A stretch of DNA of 64,000 nt. Source: Adineta vaga (Eukaryota; Animalia; Rotifera). Positions 36,228 to 50,330 of the stretch are shown here, piece after piece. The stretch covers positions 14,260,001 to 14,324,000 of the forward strand of contig CP075493.1 in NCBI GenBank assembly GCA_021613535.1, given 5' to 3'. The notes under the pieces were generated by a model. It had not been told where the DNA came from. It did no database searches and saw only the letters and a program-made list of their open reading frames with translations. Positions within the stretch are counted from its first letter, which is position 1. Every line of letters begins with the position of its first letter. The translations under genes and the position numbers were made by a program.

Positions 36228-36957
36228 ATGTCTTGGTTAAATAATTTTGATCGTATTGGAAATGGTTTTTGGTCAAATTCTCAATGGTACGATCTTCATT
36301 TATTACGTCGTATGCCCTTAGTTAACAAAATGATCGAAGAAATGATTTATGCTTGTCCACCTGCAGTATCACCATCAAATATCTATCGAGTGGCTGATCT
36401 TTGTTGTGGAAGTGGAATAGCTTCACTTAATTATTTGAAGGCATATTCATCGATTTCAAGTTTAACATTAATTGATCAATCCGAAGAACGATTAAACATA
36501 GCAAAACAACGAATTGATGTGAGTAGATGATATAAGAATAAGATAGATCTATTGTATTTATTAGACTCAATTGGAATCAATCAGTCGACGACCAGAAGTT
36601 ATAATGTGTCAATTACAAATTAAATGTGATACTCAAGATGATGATATGAATATAAATTTAAATCCGTACCATTTAATTCTAGCATCACTTGCTCTACATG
36701 TGATTGTTGGCCATGGAAAACAAAGTTTAGAAGAAGCAAAAGTGAAATATAGAATTTTATTTGAATTATTATCGAGAAATTTAGTTGATGATGGTAATGG
36801 ACATTTGATTGTTGGTGATCATCATGGAAGTTTAGGAATGTTTGAACAAATGAAATTAATGGAAGAATGTGGATTTATTGATGTTGAATGTATGTGGAGA
36901 GAAAGAGACATGTTTGTTATTGGTGGAAGACGTCGAGGAAAAGACGAGATTTCCTAG
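36228..36957 (+). CDS. Class I SAM-dependent methyltransferase; 2 exons (intron 36519-36564)
   Basis: Motif I VADLCCGSG, LTLIDQSEERL, ILASLALH, EECGFIDVECMWR; phase-0 GT-AG intron. Confidence 0.85.
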
Positions 36958-37970
36958 ATTAAGGAAATAACACACAAGATCATTTGTTTTTCAATTGTTG
37001 ATTTTTAATAATAGATAGTTTATGGTTTACAAGGTGAACATTGTTCATAAACATTTAATGTTCGTTGATATAATATTCTTAAGCTATTTTGAATTGATTT
37101 AAATGTATATAACAAAGATCAATAATTGACAAACTCGCACCAATATCACGAGGATTTGATAACAATGTTTATATAATTTTTTACAATCTTTTCTTCCATC
37201 ATTGAATTCTCTCATATCACATTGAATTTCAAATTGAACGTTATTTTATGAAAATCACAACTTCTGAAGTATAGTGGAGAAAAATCCTTTGAATAAAAGA
37301 AGTTTACGTTGATTTACATCGGTATAATCAATAATGTGTTCGTTTAATTGAACCAATTCGATAAAGATATGAAAATTTTGTTATCTAATTCATTTTCTTT
37401 GTTAAGTAAAAACTTGTTCATCGTCATTGATTTGCAAATCAATTTCTCTTTTCTCCTATATATACATATTTGAGTAAAAATGTGATGATTGAATTTCTAA
37501 ATTAATTTGTTTTTATTTAACAACAAAATTTATTTAGTATTTTTTTTTCTTAAATAAAAAAATCAAGAATGTGTGGAGAGATAAGAATGTATAATATGTT
37601 ATTCAATTATAACCTTAAAACAAGACATCAATCGACGTGTTACTGAGAAAATGAAAACAATATGATATTTGTTTGAGAAAAAGGACAATCATTGTCAATC
37701 AAATTAAAATGTATTTCATTTTCTTTATCGAATATATATTTCTTAAAAAGAAATGAAAATCAAACAATCTGTTATTGAAAACGAAAAACAGTTACAGATT
37801 TTGTATTCTTTTCATGGATAGATTGAAACTTGTTAACTTTATCGATAAGAATTGATCTATTTTCAAGATATCATTCGTTAGAATAAAATAATCTTTTGTT
37901 TTCGTATAGTTGAATCGTCTAAACTAAACTTTCGATTGTTGAAAAATATATATTTCCGAATCAGATCATA

Positions 37971-40891
37971 ATGATATTTGTTGGTGTGATATTCTTTTTA
38001 TTAATTAATTCAGTAAGCATTTTATTTAGGAAATTTATTTATTAAAAAAAAACAATTGTTCGTGTTTTATAGTCAATGACTATAAATGGTGATGAATATG
38101 AAGATGATGATTATATAGAGAATCGGATTTCATTTTCTGAATTATCATCAATGATTTCAAATGTTAAAATAGAAAATGATCAATGTGAATTTCAATTGAC
38201 ACGTGAAATTTTTTGATTATTGTCAAAATGAAATATTAATTAGTGAATTAACAGAATTCAAAACAATTCTTTATATAAAAATGATCTATTATGATCAAAA
38301 TGATGATGTTATTGTTGATGATGATGGAAATTTACTTGAATGCACATCAACGATTCATGATTTTGGACATCTGTTGAATTTATTCGATCAAGAATTTTCT
38401 TTTTTTATGTAAAATGTCTTTTATATTTACAACCAAATTCATATTTTAATTTAGAAAATCTTTTTTTTCATTTTCCATCTTCATCATCAACAACAATAGG
38501 TAAGAAGAAATGAGAAATATTAAGTAGAAATAGTTTATCGATTATGTTACAGGTACAATCAATGGTCCGACAATATTTTCAATCGATTTCAATGTTCAAA
38601 CTTATATTGTATCAATCAAATGTCCATTCAAATATACTTGTATGTGGTTATTCGATGGTCGTGTTATCTGTCCAAGATCAGATACTCGGGTTAATTTAAC
38701 ATTTGATCAAACTTTGATTGGAAATCGAACATTATCATATGTGAAATATATTTCAAATAAACCAATTATTTTAGCATCACTTGTCATTTTAATCCTACCT
38801 AAAACAATACCAGGTGAATATTTTAGTCTCCTTTTTTTCCATCTATCTGCATGAGAAAGATATAGATAGTGTATTAAAAATAGAAAGGATAGGACTTAAA
38901 TGAAGAACAGATATCGACACTCATAAGATGTCCGATAGACATGAAAATATCTATGTTATCAACACTCTAATTCTTTGATATATGTACATTCATTTTACTA
39001 TTTCATAGCACCAACTTGTAATGATAGTATTCGAAATCAAGATGAAACTGATATTGATTGTGGTGGTTCAACGTGTAAAAAGTGTGATCTTAATCAAACT
39101 TGCCAAGTCAATCGAGATTGCAGCAATGGTTATTGTCCTTCAACAATGAAAATATGTCAATGTCAGTATTCATTTTGTTTTTATCTTTTTCTCTTTACTT
39201 AGTTATGAAAAGCAGACATATCAAAGACTTGTGTGAAGACGGAGTCCATTCTTTTCTTGTTTGAGATATTGCTTGATGATTTTATCAAAGACTAAGTCCG
39301 AAGTACATCGTCGGAATTACAAAAGATTGAAAAATATGGACAGAAAATGCAGCTGCGAAAATCATCCTGTTCTTTTCCTCATAAACTTATTATATATTGT
39401 ATTCCAAAGAAAGATATGAATATCTTTACTTTTATTCACATTCAAATCCTCAATATTTTTATTTATCTATTTATTTTTGTCTTTTTTATCTATTTATCTC
39501 AATTTTAGTCATTAATCCTTGTAAGTAAATATATATTCAAATATAATATGAATTCTATGCTAAAGAATGTTTCTTTTCATTTTATATCATCGTCAGGTTC
39601 TAATGGAATCTATTGGAATGCAATTGGTACCATATATGCTGGTACTGGTGAACTAGGTAGTGAATTGAATCAACTACATTTGCCATATGGCATTGCTTTC
39701 GATTCGAATAACAATTTATTTATTACTGATGACGGAAACAATCGTGTAGTGAAGTATTCACCTGGTGCTTCTGGAGTTTATTCATTAAAGTCGTCCTTTT
39801 CAAGTATCCGCGAGTTTATGGCAAGCGGACAAAGTCCGTGCTTTTCAAATTCATGAAAATTTGCTATGACAATTCAATTTAGTCGAAGATGTCTATAGTA
39901 AATGAGCAGATAATGGCACTCTTGTAGCAGCAGGTCAAACAAATGTGTCAGGATCGAATTTGAATCAGTTTTTTAAAGGCTTAGGATATTTATATGTTGA
40001 TTCAAATCAAACACTTTACATTGCTGACTATGACAATCATCGTGTTATACATTGGGAAAGAAACGCTTCAAATGGTACGATAGTTGCTGGTAATGGAACT
40101 GTTGGATCAACACTAGAGCAAGTCAATAGTCCATATGGTATATGGGTAGATTCAAATTCAAATGTATTTGTATCAGAAGAAAATAATAATCATGTAACAC
40201 TTTGGTCTCCAGGTGCACCTGGAGGTGTTCTTGTTGCTGGTGCTGCTGATTACACTCCAGGTACAGAAACACATGTTGATATTATGTAGACTTTTATGAA
40301 AATTTTATTCATTATAAAATAGAAATATTAATTTGATATTATTGAAAAGAATAACAACTAAATAGTATAAGATAATCATTTATTTTGGAATAAAATATCT
40401 CTTTTCCAAAATGACTTTTAAAATATGACTTTTATGATAGTTATTCTGCTTAAAAGTCAAAAGATCTGAAATAAATCAAGATATTAACGTTCTTTTTATT
40501 TTCATCGATAGGGTCGGCACCTGACCATTTGAATTAACAGTGGGGTCTCGTTTATGATGAATCAAATCAAGATTTATATATTGCTAATTTTGGATCTAAT
40601 ATAGTAATGAAATGGAAAGTTGGTGATCGAAATGGTACAATAGTAGTGAATACCACTGGAATACCAACAGGAATATTACTCGACCCATGGAATAATGTAT
40701 ATGTAACTAATCTTTTTAATGGAAATATTGAAGTGTTTTGTCAAGGTAATTCAACAGATATAATAAATGCAGGATTTAATAATGGCGTAACCGAGTTGAA
40801 GAACCCAGCCGATGTTAAATTAGATTCTGAACTCAATTTATATGTCACTGAAAGCCGTGGATCTTATGTTATAAGATTTAATAAACTTTAA
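37971..40891 (+). pseudogene. Secreted Cys-rich + NHL-repeat protein, disrupted
   Basis: Signal peptide MIFVGVIFFLLINS; Cys-rich PTCNDSIRNQDETDIDCGGSTCKKC; NHL repeats from 39600 to 40891. Lesions: extra T near 38210, an insertion of about 135 bp near 39773-39911 inside an NHL repeat, and an in-frame TAA near 40535 (GSAPDHLN*QWG). Confidence 0.75.
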
Positions 40892-43460
40892 GAATCTTCG
40901 ATGAACTTCATTATTTTCCAAAGTGATAAATTATATGATATTAATTAACAATTTATTTTGAACATTGATATTTATTTTAATCAGATATTATTTAATCAAT
41001 TCCTTTCTTCTTTTTCTTTCATTATAATTATTTACTTTCTCAATTGAATATTTTTTGTTCAGGCTTAATCAATCTTATAAAAATTATACTTTATTCTATG
41101 ATAATCAATAAAATAATCTTCACTACGAATGAATATAGAAAAATACATTTAAATTAAAACAAGTTATTCTAATTATTCTCTGAAGCATTTTTTTTCAGTT
41201 GAACAATTCATTTCGACAATGGTTTAAGATTGGATTGAATCCTCATCAATTTATTGAAAACCCTTCAAATTTAGTAAAACATGACGCATCAACATACGTT
41301 CTTATATGGTCATTGCTCTTATGGTGAAAAATGTAGTTAGTATCATGGAATCAATTGATTTATCCGACCTTCTCATCAGATGAATAGTCTGTTTATATCA
41401 GTTTCATTTATATTTGTAAAATATTCTGTGTGCAAGTTGATAATGAATGTGAATATCAAACGGAATTTACTATATTCTAAAGTAATGATTCTTCTAGAAG
41501 CTCATTGGTCTGTTAAAAGTCAATATATTCTTATTACTTGGTTGATAGTGTGATTAACTTGAAGAATTCTGATAGATCAAAAGAGAAAAGAAAGAACTTA
41601 TTCCAATGCATCGTAAAAAATGGAATTTTATCATCGTTTTGCTATATTTAGATAATCGAAACTTTTTATTGTTCGATCAAAAGGCTCGATAATAGACGGT
41701 GTTGATGTACCATTAAGCATGTAATCTTTTGATATCTAAACTGACTCATCGTTTTTCTCTTTAGGAAAATAAAATATCTTGTGAAATTATTATTGAATTG
41801 GAAATAAAAATGAGGAACAATTCTTCAATTGTAGCTTGATCTAATTTAATGCATTAAAATAACAAAATGTTTTAATTGAAAATATTTATTAATTTGTCAT
41901 TTTCTAAGTATTAAGAATAAAATATTCGTGTTTTCAACTAAATTTCAATACATAGTATCTATCACATTGATAAAATCGATGAAACTCATTGAGAAAGTTT
42001 GATTTTTATAAAATTTCTCTCTATTAATTCAATCTATTTTTCCACATTATTCATCTTGATCAATAATTAAAAGAAGAAAAGAATCCATTGAACATATATG
42101 TATAATTATGTTTAGCAATATGTCAACCATAAAGATAAATACTTCTAAGTATGAGAAGATGGTGTCGAGTATTTATCTTATATTTACATGTGAGGCGAGA
42201 GAAAAAAGGGGAATAATCGAATGTCTGTTATAGAGCGGAATAAAAACTTACTGTTTTATTACATAACGCCTTCAATAAAGTCAAGAAGAACAGAGAGAAA
42301 ATTCTGTTGATATGACTGCGAGTATGTGCATATCAGGTGACGTCAGGTTTCATGGAGGGTTTTTTGCCAATGGATGAAATATGTTGAAGATAACAACAAC
42401 GGCATGCACGAAGACTATCGATAGGTTTTGCTTCTATACGATGGAAATTTCATAAAAGAATGATGATTGTATATACTGAGAAGGATTAAATTGCACTGTC
42501 ATCGAAGACACTATATAAACTGCTCATTTCTTGTAGTATACACTCAATACCATCGAAACAGAAATACATATTCGAAAAACCAACAGTTACTGAAACATTA
42601 AAACAATGTCTGATCAACCGCTTACCAATATCGTGAACGATGAAATAAATACTCTCTGATAAAAAGAGTTGCAATAGCAGAAGCTGCAGTGATTTCTGCA
42701 GTCACCGACAAAAAAGATTTAGTACCGGAGGTGAACAAAGCAGTAGACGATCTATATGATGAAATAAACAAAATAAATGGCTTATTAAATATTTTACAAT
42801 TCACAATCAAAGATATCTTATATACTTGAACTAAAACTGTAACTGTTTTTTTCCTGTTCTAAAAATGAAGTTTCAAATAATTCATTTTGTAATTTATGTT
42901 ACCGATGATAAGTAAATCATTGAAAATCTTAGACTAATGAAGATCTACACGCTTCCCTGTTTTCATAATCTCATATTCTTTCTTTTCTTTCATCGTATAT
43001 CAGTAAGGAAAGAATGAAGACAACAAAAATATATATGATTTTATACGTGGAATAAATAGTGAATGACAATCATATTTGTCGATTTAATAGCGTAACAAAG
43101 ATCACTAGATGAAGCGAGAGAAAAAAGAAATAGTTAAAATTAATCCATTGCATTCCACTCACACCCTTACGCCTAGTTATTTTTGTTGCATTTTCATAAT
43201 CTAGAATATTCAATGATGCAGAAAGTAATTTTTTTCTTCTCCATTTTCTTAACTCTGTCTGTCATGCTCTTTTGACATAATACACATGGTATACAGAATA
43301 CAAAAGAAATATTTCACGTTCTATCGTTTTGCTACGCTCGCAATTTTGCTCCGTGTGTCATCATCTCGAGTAATGTGATGCAATCACATGACGATAGATT
43401 CATTCATTAATATGTATGTATTTCACATTTTCTTTCTTCAAATTTTCATTTACATCAGTT

Positions 43461-45117
43461 ATGAGTAAAAAAAAGACATGTATTAATCTTACTTCTTTGG
43501 GTCATGCTGAGTCGGGTAAATCGACTACAGCTGGTCATTTGATCTGGTATGGTGGCGGTCTTGACAAACGAACTCTCGAGAAATTCGAAAGAAGATCTGC
43601 AGAGGTAAAAATTCTTTTGTTTTCTCATAATATCTATCAAATCTTACATTTGATACAATTGACAGATGGGAAAGGGTTCATCAAAATATGCTTGTTTGAT
43701 GAATACATCCAAGATGGAGAGGGAACGGGGAATAGGTACTCTTCTTTATCCTCTACTTGATCGATTCGAGACCAATACACACCAGGTGATCATTACTGAT
43801 GAATCAGGTGAACGAAATTTTATCAAAAATATAGTTGTTGGTTATACACAGGTATATTTTTCTTTCATTTACTCTTATTCTAAATGATTGTAAATACACA
43901 CTATTTCTGTTAGATTGATTGTACACTAATAGTAGTTTCAGCTAGTCCAAATGAATTTGAAGTTGGTATATCTACGGAAGGTCAAACGCTTGACCATGTT
44001 CGATTGTCATACATCTCCGGTATTAAACAAACGATAGTTATTGTCAACAAAATGGATGCAACAGTGCCACCATTTTCTGAAATGCGTTTCAATCAAATTA
44101 AAAGTGAACTATCAACTTATTTAGCGAATATTGGTTATCAATCAGAAATGATACCTTTTATTCCATTATCAGCATTGGACGGTAATAATATATTTGAAAC
44201 ATCACAACACATGCCTTGGTATCAAGGTTGGTCCATTGCTCGTAGAGATGGTAATGTCACAGGTAAAACACTACTAGAAGCAATTGATACAATCATTCCT
44301 TCACAAAATTCGATGGAAAAACCACTTCGATTACCAATTCAAGATGTCTATAAAATTGCTGGTGTTGGTGCAGTATCTGTGGGTCGTGTTGAAACTGGTA
44401 TACTCAAACAGAATATGTCAGTAAATATTGCTCCGGTGAATTTAACAGGAATAGTCTCATCCATTGAAATGCATCATGAAGCTCTAGATGGTAAAAAATT
44501 GTCATTATTTGTTGAAATACTTAATATTCTTCTGTTTGTTTTTTCTTTGTAGAAGGTCGTCCTGGTGACAATCTCGGGTTCAACATTCGTGGCATCGGTT
44601 TTCGCGAACTTCGACGTGGATTTGTTTGTTCAGACGCAACAAATGATCCAGCACGAGAAGCTGTAAGTTTTACTGCTCAAGTAAATTTTATCTTTTTATT
44701 TCTCTCTTTATCTCACATGTTCTAATGTCGATGAAAATCTTTTTCTAGATCATTGTTCTTCATCACCCTAATCAAATCTGTCAAGGTTATACACCAGTAA
44801 TTGATTGTCATACTGCTCATGTTGCATGTAGATTTGTCGAATTAATCTCAAAGATTTGTCGTCGAACGGGTAAAGTGACTGAAGAAACTCCAAAATACAT
44901 CAAATCAGGTGAATCTGGTATTGTGAAATTGATTCCAATAAAACCAGTGTGTGTTGAGAAATTTTCTGATTATCCAGCATTGGGTCGTTTTGCCGTCCGT
45001 GATTTGAAGCAGACTGTGGCTGTTGGCATTATTATAGACGTTGAAAAGGCAGAATTTGTCCGTATCCCGGTGTCCGAAAGAACTCGTTCTGCTACCAATA
45101 AAACAGATGAAAAATAG
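43461..45117 (+). CDS. Divergent elongation factor 1-alpha paralog; 5 exons
   Basis: [68 protein letters not shown]. Exons 43461-43604, 43666-43851, 43914-44490, 44553-44680 and 44749-45117 join in frame. Confidence 0.92.
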
Positions 45118-45468
45118 AATGAGAAGTATTTTCGCAAACATTCATCACAACGACATCAGACATTCAAACAAATTAATTTACAAATCGATTCATTTCCTTG
45201 TGTCTCTTATCTATTCTTAGAGATCCATTGGAAACGACAAAGAAAAGAAAAAGATGTTAATTCTTGGCAAATGTTCTACTTCAACCAGAACTTGTCTCAC
45301 CCTTTAATCTCTTTTTTTCGTTATTTATAAATAATTGTGATTATTCGACTTTTTGCTATTTGCGAGATAGTTTTGAATTCTCTTGTTTTTGTACAATTAC
45401 TAAGGGTGAGGGTGTGGGTGTATATCTTCTTCTTTCACACCCACCATCAAGATACTCTATTTGAATTA

Positions 45469-47221
45469 TTATCCCAGCCAAAAATGATACTGATGTCGAA
45501 CATTCGTCATAATACAATTGCCGCGATTGAATCGTGTATTTTGTTGCTCTAACCATTCGATAGTAAGTTGGAAAGTATTCTTTCGATGGATGCATACATG
45601 TAGGCTGATTAGGCGACACATCTTACGTAAGATAAAATCAATTGTATTGTTGTACGATTGAATACCTAATGATAAATGTTGACATTGTGATGAGAATATT
45701 GGTAAGATTTTTTCAAGTTCATTTTTATCTAAAGATTGTGATAAATTTTGGTCTGAACTGAAAGTTAATACACGAATCTTTCGTGAGAGATGACGACAGA
45801 TGCATGCGTCAGTCCAATTATCTGTCATTTGCTTTAGTACACTCTTTTTGACAGTTAAGGAATACAGATATGGTGTATTATCTAATAAAATATTAAAATC
45901 ATCCACAGACAATGCTGCCCCGTCGCCAATAGTAATTTGTCGTAATTTATTCATGATAGGAACCCAAGCTGATGCGTCAAAATAAGTAATGATTGTTAAA
46001 TTAACGATAGAACTTCGATTAAACATAGTATCAGGTGTTGTATTACTTTTGAGAAACAATGTTTTTATATCTGTAGCCATGTTGTTACTTTCATAATCAA
46101 TAGAATTTCTTGAATAATCTGATATTTTTGTTTTTGAAAAGATTTTAAATATTGGAAATTCGTCAAAAGTGAATGGTATTGTATAGAGAATAACGTGTCT
46201 CATATTTTCATTACATATACCATACTTATCATCATAAAACGATGGTTCGTCATGCGCAGACATATCACAGCGTACAAACCACTTATTTTTCGATATGTAG
46301 AATGGTGTAGAAAATGATTCTACAACTTGTTTAAGTTCATTCAATCGGTGAACACGACATGTAAATTGAAAGTAGAATTTGAAGTTTTTCAATGATGGAA
46401 TGGACGTAAGAATTATTTGTCTCCATGTTTCACCGCTAGGAAATGGTCCATCCGGTTGCTTCTGATATACTTCAAGATCATTCAGTTGAGGTAAGTTTGT
46501 CAACGATTGTTGAATGTGTGTACAATTTCGATGGTCTTCATAAATGATCTTCAGACATCTTAATGTTTGAGGCCATACTAATTCTGTATTATTCTTGCAA
46601 GAATGTTTCAGTTATATATTCAATGGTTTTAAGTCCAGAAAAACTCTACGAAGATGAAAAAGAACACGATCTTTTTTTCTGGTTCTATTAAATTGACTAC
46701 TGTCTTACTTTGAGCCAGCGTGTGTTAAGACATGAAGTAAAACTGAGTCTTTTTAAATTTGGTAGATCAAATTCTGGAATATTCTGTCCGCATAATGATT
46801 CAATTTGAAGTGATACCAAGCTCGAAAGAGATGAAAGTTGAGTAAATAGTGGATAGGAATGATTGTGTATCATATTAATGATAGATAGAGATCGTAGTTG
46901 AGAGAAATTTCCAGTAAGGGTATGATTTTCAAAGAAGTAGGCCACTTGTCCTGGTGTATATTTAGCATCGGCAAGTTTCAATGAATGCCATCGAATGATA
47001 TCCTGATATCGAAAGATAAGATCAAAGTTCTTCTTATTAATCGATGTAAAATCGAATGAATGACAAATTTCCATAAGCAATCTTTGATAACGAGAGTTTA
47101 GATTTGAGAAAGCGACGAATGCATCAGTAGAAGTAATGTAAGATAAAATTTCAATAAAAATTTCATTTGGAATACTTTCAAATACTGTAGTTCCATTATG
47201 GCCATGTTGTTTACTATTCAT
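45469..47221 (-). CDS. F-box/LRR-like protein; intron 46646-46708; probable 1-nt frameshift near 46610
   Basis: F-box FESIPNEIFIEILSYI...AFSNLNSRY; LRR-like FSQLRSLSI and LPNLKRLSF; C-terminal ORF 45469-46503. Confidence 0.75.
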
Positions 47222-47411
47222 GGCAGCACAAATTATAGTGAATATTGATGAGAATTCTGTTTTACTACTGACATTGTACTTTTTTTGCACAAGATAAATG
47301 AAATAAAAACCGATGTATGAATTTCACAATGATTGCATGTTTTTTTCCCGTTCTGCAATCGATGACGTTATACATATACGTTCGATGTTTCATTCATTCA
47401 TAGAAGAATCC

Positions 47412-48500
47412 ATGGTTACTATGGCAAAATCTTATTTTAAAAATTTACCAACTAAAATTCTTTATCAAATTTATGATGAACTTGATACACAAACAATTCT
47501 TTTTCGATTCGTTGTTTATGTAAAAGATTTTATAAGACCACAAATGATTATAATCAATATCGATTAGATTTTCGTGTTATGTCATCTGACACTTTCGGAT
47601 AATTTAGAAACAGCTGAACAAATTCAATTATTTTTTTCTTATTTTCATCTTAATCAATTTATTCGATTACGTTCATTGACTCTCGCGTGCGACTACGACC
47701 AAGATTTGGGTGAACTTGAAAATTATGTTAAGAAATGTTCTCTTAACAACAATTTCAATATCATTTTATGGTTATTATTCTAACAAGAACGACAGTTTGT
47801 TATCATCGATTTTATCACATAATAATCTTCGTCAATTGAAACTTTCATGTGAACATGGGTTGAACGACTTACAATGGCCCATTCAATGTCGATTAGAAAA
47901 TTTAACACTGACTCGTTTCGGTTCGCAGGACCTAGTCTATAAAATTCTTAGTCAAACGCCCTGTTTAAAAACATTAGCTTTGAACTATTCTTCGTTATTT
48001 GGAGTCGACGAAAACACTTTCATACAATCTGATATGAGACAATGTGATCATTTAACATCTTTCTCATTATTGTATCCATCATATGATCTAAACAGGGGGG
48101 GAGGGGGGCGTGAGAATAAGTATGAAGGAACTAAAATATTAAATTCTGTATCAAATACCATCGATAATAAACAAACAATTATTGTGAATTCGAATAAATT
48201 AATTTAAATGTCAATTCAATCATGATGGAAATTATTCAAGAAAAAGTAAGTAGAACAAGATATCGATCTAATTCTAATTTGACGTCTTTTGAAATATTTT
48301 TATTTTTAGAATGATTTAACAATGAATTATAAATTTCAGAATGTAATAGATCTTACATTATTGATTTATAAAGAATGGCCTATTGGTTTAATTTATCAAA
48401 TATTAAAACATTATTTTTGGATTTTCAACGTGAATGTTTCTTCGGTGCAACATTAGAAATTGAAATAGAGCAACTTTTCAAACAAACATTTCAGTTAAAG
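47412..48500 (+). pseudogene. F-box/LRR-like pseudogene, head-to-head with the preceding gene
   Basis: FKNLPTKILYQIYDELDTQTILF and FIRLRSLTL are split across three frames, with unrelated sequence near 48090-48210. Confidence 0.7.
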
Positions 48501-48730
48501 CTGTTTGTATATGGCTTGATAATAAATATGAATAAACAATGAAATATATTTATATAAGAATGTACAAACTGCTTTCTATGGAAGACATCAACGAATTCGT
48601 TTATTTCAATTTTTTGTTTTTCAGATATCAATTTAAGTTAAAAACAACTATATATTCTTCATTCATGTTATTTAGAACGATCATATAGAGATGATTTTTG
48701 CTTAACTTTCGATTAAATTTTTACTAATAT

Positions 48731-49652
48731 TTATTGGAAAAAATTAAAGAACTGTTGTTGTAAATATTGTCGAACTTCACGATTATACATAAATAGATCC
48801 AATGTTTGGATTGCAGCACTGATTACTGGTAGAATTTGTAAAAGTAAATATATCCATGGTTGAATAGTTCTCTTGCCATCGATTGCTAGAACAATATAGA
48901 AAGGTCCCCATCCGATTATAAACACAATAAAAATAAAGGATATGTGTTTAAGTAAGTTTAGATCTCGAGAATGTTGTTGAGAATTGATATCTTTAATTGA
49001 AGATGTGATCGTTGCTGTCATAAGAACACGTCGAGTAGATGATCGAACAAAGAAAAATATAATTGAATTGAAAACAATATTGATTATCGATGGAACTATT
49101 ACATTTATCAACAAGACATAGTAATAGATCCATGGTACTTGTAGTCTGTTATTATATAGACATGTCTAGAAAATGAAACATTCTGGAATTGTTATGGAAT
49201 TGTATTCATTTTACCTGATAAGATGTTAGAAAGAATGGTATCGATAAGACAACGCTAACAATCCATTGTACGATTGATGATAATAATGACCAGACTAATT
49301 TTTTGAATAGATTCTTATTTGAATAAATAATTGAAAAACATCTATTGATAATAATCATGACTAAAGAATGAACTACTGAACAATTGACTATTTGTGGCAT
49401 GAATGTAAAGTAAAGACACATTGTTATTGATTTTTCGAATATGATTGGATTGAGAAGATGAATCGATTTATTTGTTAACCAATATATAGCACAGATAATA
49501 CCAGTCAAACAAAAATTACCAACTAGAATATTATTACTTGTATGAAAACGACGAATTAAGAGAATTGGAAGGAAATAGATCGATAGTAATAGAATAACGA
49601 TCGAAAATATAACTATTTGAACAATTAGAACAACGCGAAGTGCATCACTCAT
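48731..49652 (-). CDS. Orphan rhodopsin-class GPCR; 2 exons (intron 49166-49214)
   Basis: Seven hydrophobic segments; FHTSNNILVGN, SLVMIIINR (DRY-equivalent), FIIGWGPF. Confidence 0.82.
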
Positions 49653-49968
49653 TTTCTTTTTCTTTTAAGTGAATAATTGATCGGGGAAAAAAAGCAGTCG
49701 TCATCAGTTCATATTCTCTAATAGAAAACGTGCAGGACTGACTTTTCTATCGAGATTTTATATTGGTGATCAACAACAAGAAAGATCAGAATAGCTTTTT
49801 CTTCATCTTTATCAAAAATGAAACGAGGGACAAATAGTTGATTCTTTTGCCCGCTCGTAACTTCGTGGTGCACACAAAAGTATGTAAGAAAGATGGTTAT
49901 TTTTCTCTCATCAAACGATACAAATATATACTTCAAAGCAAAATATTTTGTACTATTCTAGGTCCATC

Positions 49969-50330
49969 ATGATGATTCACATTAGTGAAAATCTTCTAGT
50001 AATCGATGGCATTCTACTTTCTCCAACTACTGAAGCTGATATAGTTCGCTCAGCATTGAATTACAAACCAAAAATCGATGATACTTTCCTTTCTACTTAT
50101 ACAAAACCAGGCACGACATAGATGAAAGTCATTCTATATGCATTGTCGAATGATAGTAAATCATTTGATGATAATATGGCAGAATATTTTGCACATACAC
50201 CTATACTCTGGAAAAATTATTTGACGGAGAACCTGATCAAACATCATTCGAAGCATTTATCAATGGGACTTTGCTCTATGGTGGTTATTTCTAACATCTA
50301 CGTACTATTTGGAAACATAAAGATATGATA
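49969..50330 (+). pseudogene. Cytosolic sulfotransferase remnant
   Basis: DDTFLSTYTKPGTT*MK matches the 5'-PSB loop TYPKSGTTW with TGG changed to TAG at 50119. A later fragment reads EAFINGTLLYGGYF*HLRTIWKHKD; most of the middle is missing. Confidence 0.7.

Noticed and set aside
37010-37440. Possible gene remnant on the minus strand
   Set aside because: Short broken frames with no diagnostic motif.
41220-41800. Possible decayed coding sequence on the minus strand
   Set aside because: Multiple stops and no assignable family.
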